Assembly (NCBI GenBank): GCA_964477635.1
Contig: CAYZEG010000001.1
Coordinates: forward strand, 1 to 32,253
DNA: 32,253 bases
Reading direction: 5' to 3'
Source: Candidatus Woesearchaeota archaeon
GTDB lineage: Archaea > Nanobdellota > Nanobdellia > Pacearchaeales > GW2011-AR1
How positions within the stretch are numbered: the stretch's first letter is position 1; each line of letters opens with the position of its first letter. This document shows positions 17,291 through 25,380 of the stretch, piece after piece. The translations under genes and the position numbers were made by a program. The notes beneath the pieces are model-generated. The model worked only from the letters and a program-made list of their open reading frames with translations, was not told the origin of the DNA and did not search any database.

Positions 17291-18513
17291 CTGTATTTTG
17301 CAAATAAATCTTTATCTCTTATGTCAATAACTTTTCTTAAATCCTCGGTAATTCCAGGAACTGCATACACTTCGTCATTTTTATCTGAAAGCATGCTTAA
17401 TTTTTCTTGCGAATAACCAACATATTCATTCATTGTAGTCAAAAAAGCATTGCACCAAGCATGCCTAGTTTTGTCGTCCAATTTCCCAAACATTTTATCA
17501 AGGGTTTTGGCAGTTTTATTTCCAAGATTGGAAGGCTCAATTTTTTCAGACAAAAACAATTTCCAGGAATTTCTTATATCCCATTCAGTATCTATAAAAA
17601 AGCGCGGCGCATTTTGTGTTGAATTGATTATTCTGTCTATTCTTTCTTTTGATTTATTCCTTAACTCAACCATGAATCCATAATCATATTCTCCATATGG
17701 AGATTCATTGCTTTGCGAGTCTGCAAACATTTTCATATGCTCCGACATTGTCTGATTTCTTTTTTTATTCTCGTCAACCTGCTCTGCGAATGGCCTTAAT
17801 GATGGTTTCATATGATTTTCAAAATCAACATCAAAATTTTCCTTTCCATCAAAATCTTTATGCACTTCTCCCAGCGTCAAATAATGTCTTCCTATGAAAG
17901 TTGGTCCGTTGCAATCAAGCCTGTCAATCCAGCGAGTAAACCAAACTGGCCACAGCGGTTGATTATTTTTATCAAATTCTAAATATGGTTTTATTATCCT
18001 GGTTTCTCCGTCGGCACACTCAATCTTTGATTCTGTTCTGTAATGTGTGTGTGCCGCCATTGTATAAACTATTGAAATTTTTTCCGCATCATTTAAACTT
18101 GTGTCTTTATCAAGCAATTGTTTAACCAACAAAGAGCCGGCTTCCGCATGCCTTACTGCCCTTTTATCTTCTTCATATCTCGGAACTACCGCGCATCCGA
18201 TGTCGTGCAATGCGCCACCGACAAAACCAGGCAGAATATGTTTTGGATTGGCATCCAATTTGCTAAATAATATCACTGCATTCATGTAATCTCTCATAAT
18301 ATGCCCCGGTCCATGCCCCGGCTCTATGTTTGAAAAATCATAATGTTTTCCAAACTCTGAAAGAGTTCTTTGAACGATATTTCTTGCCTTTTCCACGGCA
18401 TCTTCTCTGGAACTTACCCTGATGTCATTCAATAAATTGGGACTGAAAGAATTTCTAATCTCCTGCATTTCATTCCAAGCCGTTGCCTCGTCCTCAAAAT
18501 TATATTTTTCCAT
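17275..18513 (-). CDS. HD-domain phosphohydrolase-like protein with a long uncharacterised C-terminal region
   Basis: HGPGHIMRD...GGALHDIG...RHAEAG...AAHTHY...IDRLD fits the H..HD..H..H..D metal-binding pattern. ATG 18513 is preferred. The track ATG 18546 lies inside the promoter motif itself (TTCATAATGC). Confidence 0.55.
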   Translation of the reverse strand: MEKYNFEDEATAWNEMQEIRNSFSPNLLNDIRVSSREDAVEKARNIVQRTLSEFGKHYDFSNIEPGHGPGHIMRDYMNAVILFSKLDANPKHILPGFVGGALHDIGCAVVPRYEEDKRAVRHAEAGSLLVKQLLDKDTSLNDAEKISIVYTMAAHTHYRTESKIECADGETRIIKPYLEFDKNNQPLWPVWFTRWIDRLDCNGPTFIGRHYLTLGEVHKDFDGKENFDVDFENHMKPSLRPFAEQVDENKKRNQTMSEHMKMFADSQSNESPYGEYDYGFMVELRNKSKERIDRIINSTQNAPRFFIDTEWDIRNSWKLFLSEKIEPSNLGNKTAKTLDKMFGKLDDKTRHAWCNAFLTTMNEYVGYSQEKLSMLSDKNDEVYAVPGITEDLRKVIDIRDKDLFAKYSHLFR

Positions 18514-18534
18514 TATCTCAGATTTGCTAAAATT

Positions 18535-18552
18535 GTTTAAAAGCATTATGAA
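18535..18552 (-). promoter_or_regulatory. BRE/TATA-like promoter motif for the HD-domain gene
   Basis: The minus strand reads TTCATAATGCTTTTAAAC and ends 22 nt before ATG 18513. Confidence 0.6.
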
Positions 18553-18573
18553 ATTGAATTTCTATCTTTTATC

Positions 18574-18591
18574 TTCATAATACTTAAATAA
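18574..18591 (+). promoter_or_regulatory. BRE/TATA-like promoter motif for the two-SDR operon
   Basis: TTCATAATACTTAAATAA ends 21 nt before ATG 18612. Confidence 0.65.
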
Positions 18592-18611
18592 TCTTTCAAG
18601 CTGTTTTTCAA

Positions 18612-19580
18612 ATGGCTCTTAAATTTCTCGTGACCGGCGGATTGGGGCATATCGGTTCGAAACTTGTCAGAGAATATGCAAAAAGGGATGATATAGAATT
18701 GATAAGAATCATGGACAATTTTCTTGTCCAAAGATATTGTTCTCTGTTTAATCTTCCCGACGGAAAAAGATACGAATTTATTGAAGGAGATATAATGAAT
18801 GATGCCGATTTGAAGAAAGCCATGAAAGATATTGATGTTGTAATTCATCTGGCTTCAATTACTGACGCCCCTTCAACAATAAGCAAACCGCAGGAAACCG
18901 AAAGAGTGAATTTTGAAGGAACAAAAAAAGTTCTTGAAGCCGCAATAAATGCCGGCGTTGAAAAATTTCTTTTCCCGTCTTCAACAAGCGTTTATGGAGA
19001 AGCCGAAGGAATTGTTGATGAAAATTTCAAAGACTTCAAACCTTCAACGCCTTATGCTGAAACAAAATTATCTTCGGAAAGATTTTTACAGGAAATTGGA
19101 AAAAGTGGAAAAATTCACACCGTAATTTTAAGAATGGGGACAATTTTTGGAACAAGCATAGGGATGAGATTTCACACTGCGATAAATAAATTTTGTTTTT
19201 TGGCGGCGATGAACAAACCCTTGACGATTTGGGATTCTGCGCTAAACAGCAGACGCCCATATCTTGGATTGAATGATGACATAAGAGCATTTGAATTCTT
19301 GGAAAAAGACGGCAAATCTGGAGAAATTTACAATGTCGTCACAAAGAATTATTCCATGCAGGACGTTCTCGACGCGATAAAGGAATTTGTTCCGGATGTA
19401 AAAATTGAAATAACAAAATCCCCGATAATAAATCAGAAGCCATATCACGCTTCAAATGAAAAAATTAAGGCGCTCGGATTTGAATTTAAGGATGATTTGA
19501 AGCAGTCTATGAAAGAAACTATTGAATTATTCAGAAGAACAACTTACTCAGGTATTGATAATGGCGGTTTGATGAATTGA
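18612..19580 (+). CDS. NAD-dependent epimerase/dehydratase (extended SDR)
   Basis: VTGGLGHIGSKL and YAETK (YxxxK). ATG is 21 nt after motif 18574-18591. Confidence 0.85.
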   Translation: MALKFLVTGGLGHIGSKLVREYAKRDDIELIRIMDNFLVQRYCSLFNLPDGKRYEFIEGDIMNDADLKKAMKDIDVVIHLASITDAPSTISKPQETERVNFEGTKKVLEAAINAGVEKFLFPSSTSVYGEAEGIVDENFKDFKPSTPYAETKLSSERFLQEIGKSGKIHTVILRMGTIFGTSIGMRFHTAINKFCFLAAMNKPLTIWDSALNSRRPYLGLNDDIRAFEFLEKDGKSGEIYNVVTKNYSMQDVLDAIKEFVPDVKIEITKSPIINQKPYHASNEKIKALGFEFKDDLKQSMKETIELFRRTTYSGIDNGGLMN

Positions 19581-19587
19581 GGATGAA

Positions 19588-20649
19588 ATGCAAAATGAAA
19601 AATTTTTTCATGGAAAAACAATTCTCATAACTGGCGGACTTGGATTTATGGGGAGCAATCTTGCTATTCGGCTTGCCGAATTAAATCCAAAGAAGATAAT
19701 TCTTGTAGATTCTCTTGTTTCCGGATTGGGTGGGAGCTTAAAAAATATATCGGAATTGATAAACAACAAAATAATTGATTTCCAACCAGAGGATATAAAA
19801 AATATTTCCAAGATGAAATCTCTCGTAACAACGGCAGATATAATCTTCAATCTTGCCGGTTCAAGCAAGCACACCAAACTCGATGAGGGAGAATTAAAAT
19901 TTGACAATGATGTAAATTTTTTATCTCAAGTATTTTTCCTTGAATCTGTAAGGCAAGTAATGATTGAAAATCCAAAGAAAAAATTGAAAATGATATTTGC
20001 AGGAACAAGAGACCAATATGGGAAAGTTCCATACCATGATTTGCCGGTCAAAGAAAATTATCTTCCAAAAGACATGACAGATTATCAATCAATAAGCAAA
20101 AATTCCGTCGAGAACCACCATTTACTTTTGAATAACATAATGAAGGATTTGGGGATTGATTTGAAAATCAATAGTTTGAGAATAAGCAACACCTATGGTC
20201 CTAGACAATCAACAAATTACGGAGCAGTTATCCCAATATTTGTAGAAAAATCCATAAGTGGAAAGTCAATAGAATTATGGGGTGGCGGGGAAGTTTATAG
20301 AGATTTAAATTATGTCGACGATGTTATTGATGCATTTTTTTTGGTGGCTTCCACAGAAAAAGAGGGGCAAATTTATAATTTGGGGTGCTGTGTTGGAAAA
20401 ATGGACATGCAAAGGAAAGGAATCGGAAACAATTTTATAACTATAAAGGAGCTTGCGGAAACAATTGTTAAGATTTCTGGAAAAGGCGAAATAAAAATAA
20501 TTCCTTATCCGCCTGAAAGAAAAGCGATTGAGCCCGGGCATTTCGCCGCCGATATTTCAAAAATTGCAGAACTGGGATGGCATCCAAAAATTTCCTTGGA
20601 AGAAGGATTAAGAAGAACTATTGAGTGGAATCGCAGAACTAAGATTTAA
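19588..20649 (+). CDS. NAD-dependent epimerase/dehydratase-family protein (extended SDR)
   Basis: ITGGLGFMGSNL Rossmann motif. GAGG lies 5 nt upstream of the ATG, consistent with an operon-internal gene 7 nt after the previous stop. The catalytic region reads DYQSISK. Confidence 0.8.
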   Translation: MQNEKFFHGKTILITGGLGFMGSNLAIRLAELNPKKIILVDSLVSGLGGSLKNISELINNKIIDFQPEDIKNISKMKSLVTTADIIFNLAGSSKHTKLDEGELKFDNDVNFLSQVFFLESVRQVMIENPKKKLKMIFAGTRDQYGKVPYHDLPVKENYLPKDMTDYQSISKNSVENHHLLLNNIMKDLGIDLKINSLRISNTYGPRQSTNYGAVIPIFVEKSISGKSIELWGGGEVYRDLNYVDDVIDAFFLVASTEKEGQIYNLGCCVGKMDMQRKGIGNNFITIKELAETIVKISGKGEIKIIPYPPERKAIEPGHFAADISKIAELGWHPKISLEEGLRRTIEWNRRTKI

Positions 20650-20869
20650 CTTCCATCCTTTTTCTAATAAAATTGGCATAAATTCCATAAGGCCCGCCAA
20701 TAAAAAAATCGATCGGAACTCCCAAAAGTCTTGAGTATAATGTTTGTTCGAGAGTCATGCCCATCATAAGTTCCCTCTGTGCTTCCACAATAAATGAAAA
20801 AGAAATCATGGAGAATGTATCGGCTGCGGTTTTTCTCCAGTCCAATTTTTTCTCTAAATTGTCCGTCAT
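20639..20869 (-). CDS. Small membrane protein resembling the N-terminal half of the AlaE/YgaW (L-alanine exporter) family
   Basis: ADTFSM...GMTLEQTLYSRLLGVPIDFFIGGPYGIY matches my recollection of E. coli AlaE (ADTFAM...GMSFEQSFYSRLVAIP...WPYGMY). It is 76 aa, about half the size of AlaE. ATG is exactly 21 nt from motif 20890-20907. This needs an HMM check. Confidence 0.45.
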   Translation of the reverse strand: MTDNLEKKLDWRKTAADTFSMISFSFIVEAQRELMMGMTLEQTLYSRLLGVPIDFFIGGPYGIYANFIRKRMEVKS

Positions 20870-20889
20870 AATTTAATCTTAAATCTGAG

Positions 20890-20907
20890 TTATATAAATT
20901 TAATGAA
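20890..20907 (-). promoter_or_regulatory. BRE/TATA-like promoter motif for the AlaE-like small ORF
   Basis: The minus strand reads TTCATTAAATTTATATAA and ends 21 nt before ATG 20869. Confidence 0.55.
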
Positions 20908-20908
20908 A

Positions 20909-21808
20909 CTAAAAATATTTTTCAGTAAAATCTTTACTCTGCTTTTTAGCAAGATAATCTAAAATCTCAGATTGTTTTTTTGTCATCTGCGATAATTTTT
21001 CAATTATTTCTTTTTGGTTGTCATCTTTGGACGGGAATTTAAACGTCTCAGTAAAATCATTGGTATCGGACCAAAAGCCGTCTTCCGGAGATTCTTTTTT
21101 CTGCACAAGGTTGCTCGCCCTGTTAAGGCTTTCAAAAGTTCCAGCGTCGGACCAATAACCGCTGATTATATTATACTTGCATTTTCCATGATTCACATAA
21201 TATTCAATTGCGTCTGTAATTTCCAACTCTCCCCTTCCAGAAGGTTTAAGGGTTTTTATTATGTTGAAGATATCTGAATCAAACATATAAAGTCCGGTCA
21301 TTGCCAAATTTGATTTTGGTTTTTGCGGTTTTTCTTCCACGGAGACTACCTTGTCATTTTCAACAACGGCGACTCCAAATCTCATTGCGGCCTTCAAACC
21401 AACTTCTTTCAGAAAAATCTTTGCTCCGTCGCCATGTCTTTCAAAATCCTGCACAAAATCCTTCATGTTTTCTTCATAGATATTATCTCCCAGAATGACC
21501 GCAATTTTTTCATTTTTGGAAAAATCTTCCGCCAATGCGAGCGCTTGCGCAATTCCTCCCGCTTCGTCTTGAATTTCATATTTTAAACTCACGCCGAATT
21601 CCCTTCCGGAGCCGAGGAGATTTACAAAATCTCCTGCATGTCCGGGACCAGAGACAATCAAAATGTCTTTTATTCCTGCATCTATAAGTGTCCTCAAGGG
21701 ATAATAAATCATCGGCTTGTTATAAACTGGAAGCAAATGTTTATTGGTGACTTTTGTGCACGGATAAAGCCTGCTCCCAGTCCCACCGGCAAGAATTACG
21801 CCCTTCAT
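20909..21808 (-). CDS. rmlA: Glucose-1-phosphate thymidylyltransferase (sugar nucleotidyltransferase) with a ~60-aa charged C-terminal tail
   Basis: MKGVILAGGTGSRLYPCTKVTNKHLLPVYNKPMIYYPL is the canonical RmlA N-terminus. A GGGAG precedes ATG 21808. The track start 21835 adds 9 atypical residues. Confidence 0.85.
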   Translation of the reverse strand: MKGVILAGGTGSRLYPCTKVTNKHLLPVYNKPMIYYPLRTLIDAGIKDILIVSGPGHAGDFVNLLGSGREFGVSLKYEIQDEAGGIAQALALAEDFSKNEKIAVILGDNIYEENMKDFVQDFERHGDGAKIFLKEVGLKAAMRFGVAVVENDKVVSVEEKPQKPKSNLAMTGLYMFDSDIFNIIKTLKPSGRGELEITDAIEYYVNHGKCKYNIISGYWSDAGTFESLNRASNLVQKKESPEDGFWSDTNDFTETFKFPSKDDNQKEIIEKLSQMTKKQSEILDYLAKKQSKDFTEKYF

Positions 21809-21854
21809 TTGAAACAACTCCCATAAAATTTCCAAATAAATAAAAATATTTGTT

Positions 21855-22901
21855 TCATTTGACTTTCAAAGGTCTCCACCAGTTTTCATTATTCTTGTAC
21901 CATTCGGCGACGCTTTTAATTTCTTTGTATAAATCATTATGCATATTTCTAAAACCTATTTTTTTTATTTTATCGCTGGAAACGGAATATCTAAAATCAT
22001 GCGCCTTTCTGTGGGGAACTTTTTCAATCATTTCTTCCCCAAAATTAAATTGATTAAGCAAAAGCCTTGTCATGTTTATATTGGTCTGTTCGTTTTCTCC
22101 GGAAATGTTGTAGACATTTCCGTCATCCCCATTCTGCGAAGCAAACCATATTGCTCTGCAGTTGTCTTTTATATTAAGCCAGTCTCTCACATTAAGCCCC
22201 GGGTTTTCTTCACTCCACATCAACGGGACCTTTTTTCCATCAATTAAATTTGTTATGAAAAGCGGAAGAATTTTTTCAGGAAATTGATACTCTCCATAAT
22301 TGTTTGCGCTTCTTGTTATTATCACGGGGAATTTATGCGTCTTGAAGAGGGCAAGAGCATTCAGATCTGCCGCGGCTTTCGTTGCTGAATATGGACTGGA
22401 TGGATTTAATTTAGATTCTTCGTCGAAACTTCCGTTTTTTATGCTGCCATAAACCTCATCAGTGGAAATTTGCACGAATTTTTTTACATTATTTCTCATT
22501 GAAGATTTAAAGAGATTGCATGCCCCGAGAAAATTGCTTTTTTCAAAATTTTCCGAATCTCCTATGCTTCTGTCAACGTGACTTTCGGCGGCGAAATTAA
22601 ATATTGCATCTGGCTTGTGCTCTGAAATAATCCAATCAATAAAATTCCTATCGCAAATATCTGCCCTGATGAACTTGTAATTTCTATGCCACGAAAGGTT
22701 CATGTGCTCGATGTTTTTCCCTTCACCGGCATAACTAAGATTGTCAACATTTATTACGCAGATTTCTTGATTTATTTCCAGATCAGTCAAAAGATATTTT
22801 ATGAAATTACTTCCTATGAATCCAGATCCGCCAGTGACAATCACCTTCATTTTAATACTGTCTGAGAATTTGTTTAAAAGGTTTCTGGGCTTGAAACTCA
22901 T
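21855..22901 (-). CDS. rmlB: dTDP-glucose 4,6-dehydratase
   Basis: VTGGSGFIGSNF, STDEVYG, YSATK and overall RmlB-like blocks. ATG 22901 gives a 17-aa N-terminal extension and lies 21 nt from the shared TATA. The internal ATG at 22850 (MKVIVTGG) is an alternative start. Confidence 0.85.
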   Translation of the reverse strand: MSFKPRNLLNKFSDSIKMKVIVTGGSGFIGSNFIKYLLTDLEINQEICVINVDNLSYAGEGKNIEHMNLSWHRNYKFIRADICDRNFIDWIISEHKPDAIFNFAAESHVDRSIGDSENFEKSNFLGACNLFKSSMRNNVKKFVQISTDEVYGSIKNGSFDEESKLNPSSPYSATKAAADLNALALFKTHKFPVIITRSANNYGEYQFPEKILPLFITNLIDGKKVPLMWSEENPGLNVRDWLNIKDNCRAIWFASQNGDDGNVYNISGENEQTNINMTRLLLNQFNFGEEMIEKVPHRKAHDFRYSVSSDKIKKIGFRNMHNDLYKEIKSVAEWYKNNENWWRPLKVK

Positions 22902-22913
22902 GATGATTCAAAC

Positions 22914-22939
22914 ATCATAATCTTTTTATACGAATTTGA
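22914..22939. promoter_or_regulatory. Bidirectional promoter sharing one TATA box (rmlB <-> degT-like)
   Basis: The plus-strand 18-mer ATCATAATCTTTTTATAC (22914-22931) ends 21 nt before ATG 22952. The minus-strand 18-mer TCAAATTCGTATAAAAAG (22922-22939) ends 21 nt before ATG 22901. The TATA core at 22923-22930 is exactly centred between the two ATGs. Confidence 0.6.
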
Positions 22940-22951
22940 TGCAGATTTTGC

Positions 22952-24187
22952 ATGGAAGAGGAAAAAATAAAAAAAAGCTTCCAGAACCTTAAGATAGATG
23001 TCAAAGATTTAAAAGAAGATATAAGGAATATCTTTGAAGAGCTGAAAAAATTTGAATTGGCTGTTCCAAAAAAGAATAATGTTGCAGATTCCGGAAAAAT
23101 ATTTACATCAAAAGTTTTTGTCAATGATGCAATAAAATCCTCAGTGAATGAAGTTTTTGATTCTGGTATTTTTACCATGGGTGAAAAAACTAAAGAATTT
23201 GAAAAAAAATTCAGAGAATATTGCGGGATAAAACATGCCATAGCGGTTAATAATGGAACGGTTGCAATAGAAATGGCGTTGATGGCTCTTGGAATCGGCG
23301 AGGGTGATGAGATAATTGTCCCTTCGCATACGACAATGCCAACAGTTGAACCGATACTTCATCTTGGCGCAAAACCCGTTTTTGTCGATATAAATGAAAA
23401 AGATTTTACATTAAATCCAAAAGAAGTTGAAAAAGCAATTACAAAAAAAACAAAAGCGGTAATTGCCGTGCATCTTTATGGAAATTCTGCAGACTTGGAT
23501 TCATTGCAGGAAATTTGCAGAAAAAATAAAATATTATTGATTGAAGATTGCGCGCAAGCTCATGGAACAAGATATAATGGGAAGCACGTGGGGGTTTTTG
23601 GAATTGTCGGATGCTTCAGTTTCTATCCGACAAAAAATTTGACGGTATGCGGAGAAGGCGGAATGATTATAACCGACGACGATAATATTGCAAAAAAAGC
23701 CCGCATGTTGATAAGCCACGGGGAGGATGGAAGATACAATCATGTAATTCTTGGGGGAAATTATAGGCTTTCTGAGATGCATTGCGCCATAGGAATAAAA
23801 CAACTGGAACTTCTGGAAAAGTTTGTTGAACGAAGAAGAGAATTGGCGAAAATTTATTCAAAAAATCTTTCAGGAGTTAAAGGAATAATTCTTCCGACAG
23901 AAGCGCAAAATGCCAAGCACAGTTATCACCTTTATGTGATAAGAGTTGATAAAAAAATAAGAAATAAAATAATCGGCGAATTGGCGAAAAATAATATTTT
24001 TGCAGGAATACATTATCCAACCCCCGTTCATAAACAGCCGGTTATAAAAAAAATGATGAAAACTCAAAAGCTAAAAAACACCGAAAAAATTGTTGACGAA
24101 ATAATTTCTCTCCCGATGTATCCGCTTTTGAAAGATGAGCAGGCAGTTATGATTGCTGAAAAAATAAAGAAAATTATTCTGGATTAA
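22952..24187 (+). CDS. DegT/DnrJ/EryC1/StrS-family PLP-dependent sugar aminotransferase with a ~48-aa N-terminal extension
   Basis: AIAVNNGTVAIEMAL, and SFYPTKNLT carrying the PLP lysine. ATG 22952 is 21 nt after motif 22914-22931. Confidence 0.85.
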   Translation: MEEEKIKKSFQNLKIDVKDLKEDIRNIFEELKKFELAVPKKNNVADSGKIFTSKVFVNDAIKSSVNEVFDSGIFTMGEKTKEFEKKFREYCGIKHAIAVNNGTVAIEMALMALGIGEGDEIIVPSHTTMPTVEPILHLGAKPVFVDINEKDFTLNPKEVEKAITKKTKAVIAVHLYGNSADLDSLQEICRKNKILLIEDCAQAHGTRYNGKHVGVFGIVGCFSFYPTKNLTVCGEGGMIITDDDNIAKKARMLISHGEDGRYNHVILGGNYRLSEMHCAIGIKQLELLEKFVERRRELAKIYSKNLSGVKGIILPTEAQNAKHSYHLYVIRVDKKIRNKIIGELAKNNIFAGIHYPTPVHKQPVIKKMMKTQKLKNTEKIVDEIISLPMYPLLKDEQAVMIAEKIKKIILD

Positions 24188-24190
24188 AAG

Positions 24191-25342
24191 ATGAAAATAG
24201 CCCACATAAACATGTTTTATCTTCCAACTTTTGGGGGGGTGGAACAAGTTATGTATGAACTTGCAAAAAGACAAGTCGCCGACGGCCACGAGGTCCATGT
24301 TTTTTGCTGCGATTCCGACAAAAAAAATAGGATTAAAAAAAAAGAAGAAATTATCGAGGGGGTGCATGTTCATAGATTGCCCTACCTATTCAGATTGTCT
24401 CTAAGCACATTCATCTGGCCTTCCCTATTATGGAAATTTCCGGGCTATTTTGACGTCATCCATAGTCATGTTTCCGGTCATGCGTATATCCTCATCGCCG
24501 GAATTTTATCAAGGATAAAGGGAATAAAACACATTCATACAACTCATTGTCCGTGGACAGATTTTTCTTTTAGGCCTAAGGTTTTGAGGCCATTTATCCT
24601 TATTAACAATTTTTTCTTAAACAGATTAGTTTTCAGATTTATTGATAAGATTATCGCAATAACTCCATGGGAAATAAACCAGCTTAAAAAATTTACAAAT
24701 TTTGATAAGATAAGAATCATTCAAAATGGCACGGACGGAATATTTTACAAAAAAATTAAGAAAAATAATTTTAAGAAAAAATATGGGATATGTGAAAAAA
24801 AAATTGTTCTTTTTTTTGGAAGGTTAAATCCCACAAAGGGTCCGGAAAAACTGGCTATTGCGGCGATAAATCTAACGAAATCCGGGAATGCAAAAGATAT
24901 TGCTTTTGTTTGGGTTGGTCCGGACGAAGGCATGGGAGAACAAGTTGCCGAGATGATAAAGCCGTATAAAAATATGTACTATTTTGGCCCCATACAGGGA
25001 AAGGAGAAAGTTGCGGAAATGTATCAGGCCGCAAATGTTTATATTCTGCCAAGTTACAGGGAAGGTTTGCCCTTGACTCTTTTTGAGGCTATGGCTTCAG
25101 GACTCCCAATAATCTCTTCCCCCGTTAATGGAATTCCCTATGAAATGAATGAAGAAGAAAATGGGATATTTGTGGGATATGGAGATACAATTAATTTAGA
25201 AAAAGCTATAATGAATATTTTGAATAATCTGAAAATCTCAAAGAAATTTTCTTTAAATAATGCAAAAAAATCTAAGAATTACGACTGGGATTTGATTTAT
25301 AAAAAATATATGGAGGAATATCTTTCTATATTGAATAATTAA
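24191..25342 (+). CDS. Glycosyltransferase family 4 (GT-B)
   Basis: EGLPLTLFEAMASGLPIISSPVNGIPYEM (EX7E region). It starts 3 nt after the DegT stop. Confidence 0.85.
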   Translation: MKIAHINMFYLPTFGGVEQVMYELAKRQVADGHEVHVFCCDSDKKNRIKKKEEIIEGVHVHRLPYLFRLSLSTFIWPSLLWKFPGYFDVIHSHVSGHAYILIAGILSRIKGIKHIHTTHCPWTDFSFRPKVLRPFILINNFFLNRLVFRFIDKIIAITPWEINQLKKFTNFDKIRIIQNGTDGIFYKKIKKNNFKKKYGICEKKIVLFFGRLNPTKGPEKLAIAAINLTKSGNAKDIAFVWVGPDEGMGEQVAEMIKPYKNMYYFGPIQGKEKVAEMYQAANVYILPSYREGLPLTLFEAMASGLPIISSPVNGIPYEMNEEENGIFVGYGDTINLEKAIMNILNNLKISKKFSLNNAKKSKNYDWDLIYKKYMEEYLSILNN

Positions 25343-25360
25343 TTCATAATACTTATAAAC
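25343..25360 (+). promoter_or_regulatory. BRE/TATA-like promoter motif for the radical SAM gene
   Basis: TTCATAATACTTATAAAC ends 21 nt before ATG 25381. Confidence 0.65.
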
Positions 25361-25380
25361 TGGATGTTTTTAGAGTGATA

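Noticed and set aside
20080-20110. SDR 19588-20649 appears to have Y-x4-K (DYQSISK) instead of the canonical YxxxK.
   Set aside because: This cannot be judged without a proper alignment. A one-residue shift in my by-eye alignment would restore a normal catalytic site.
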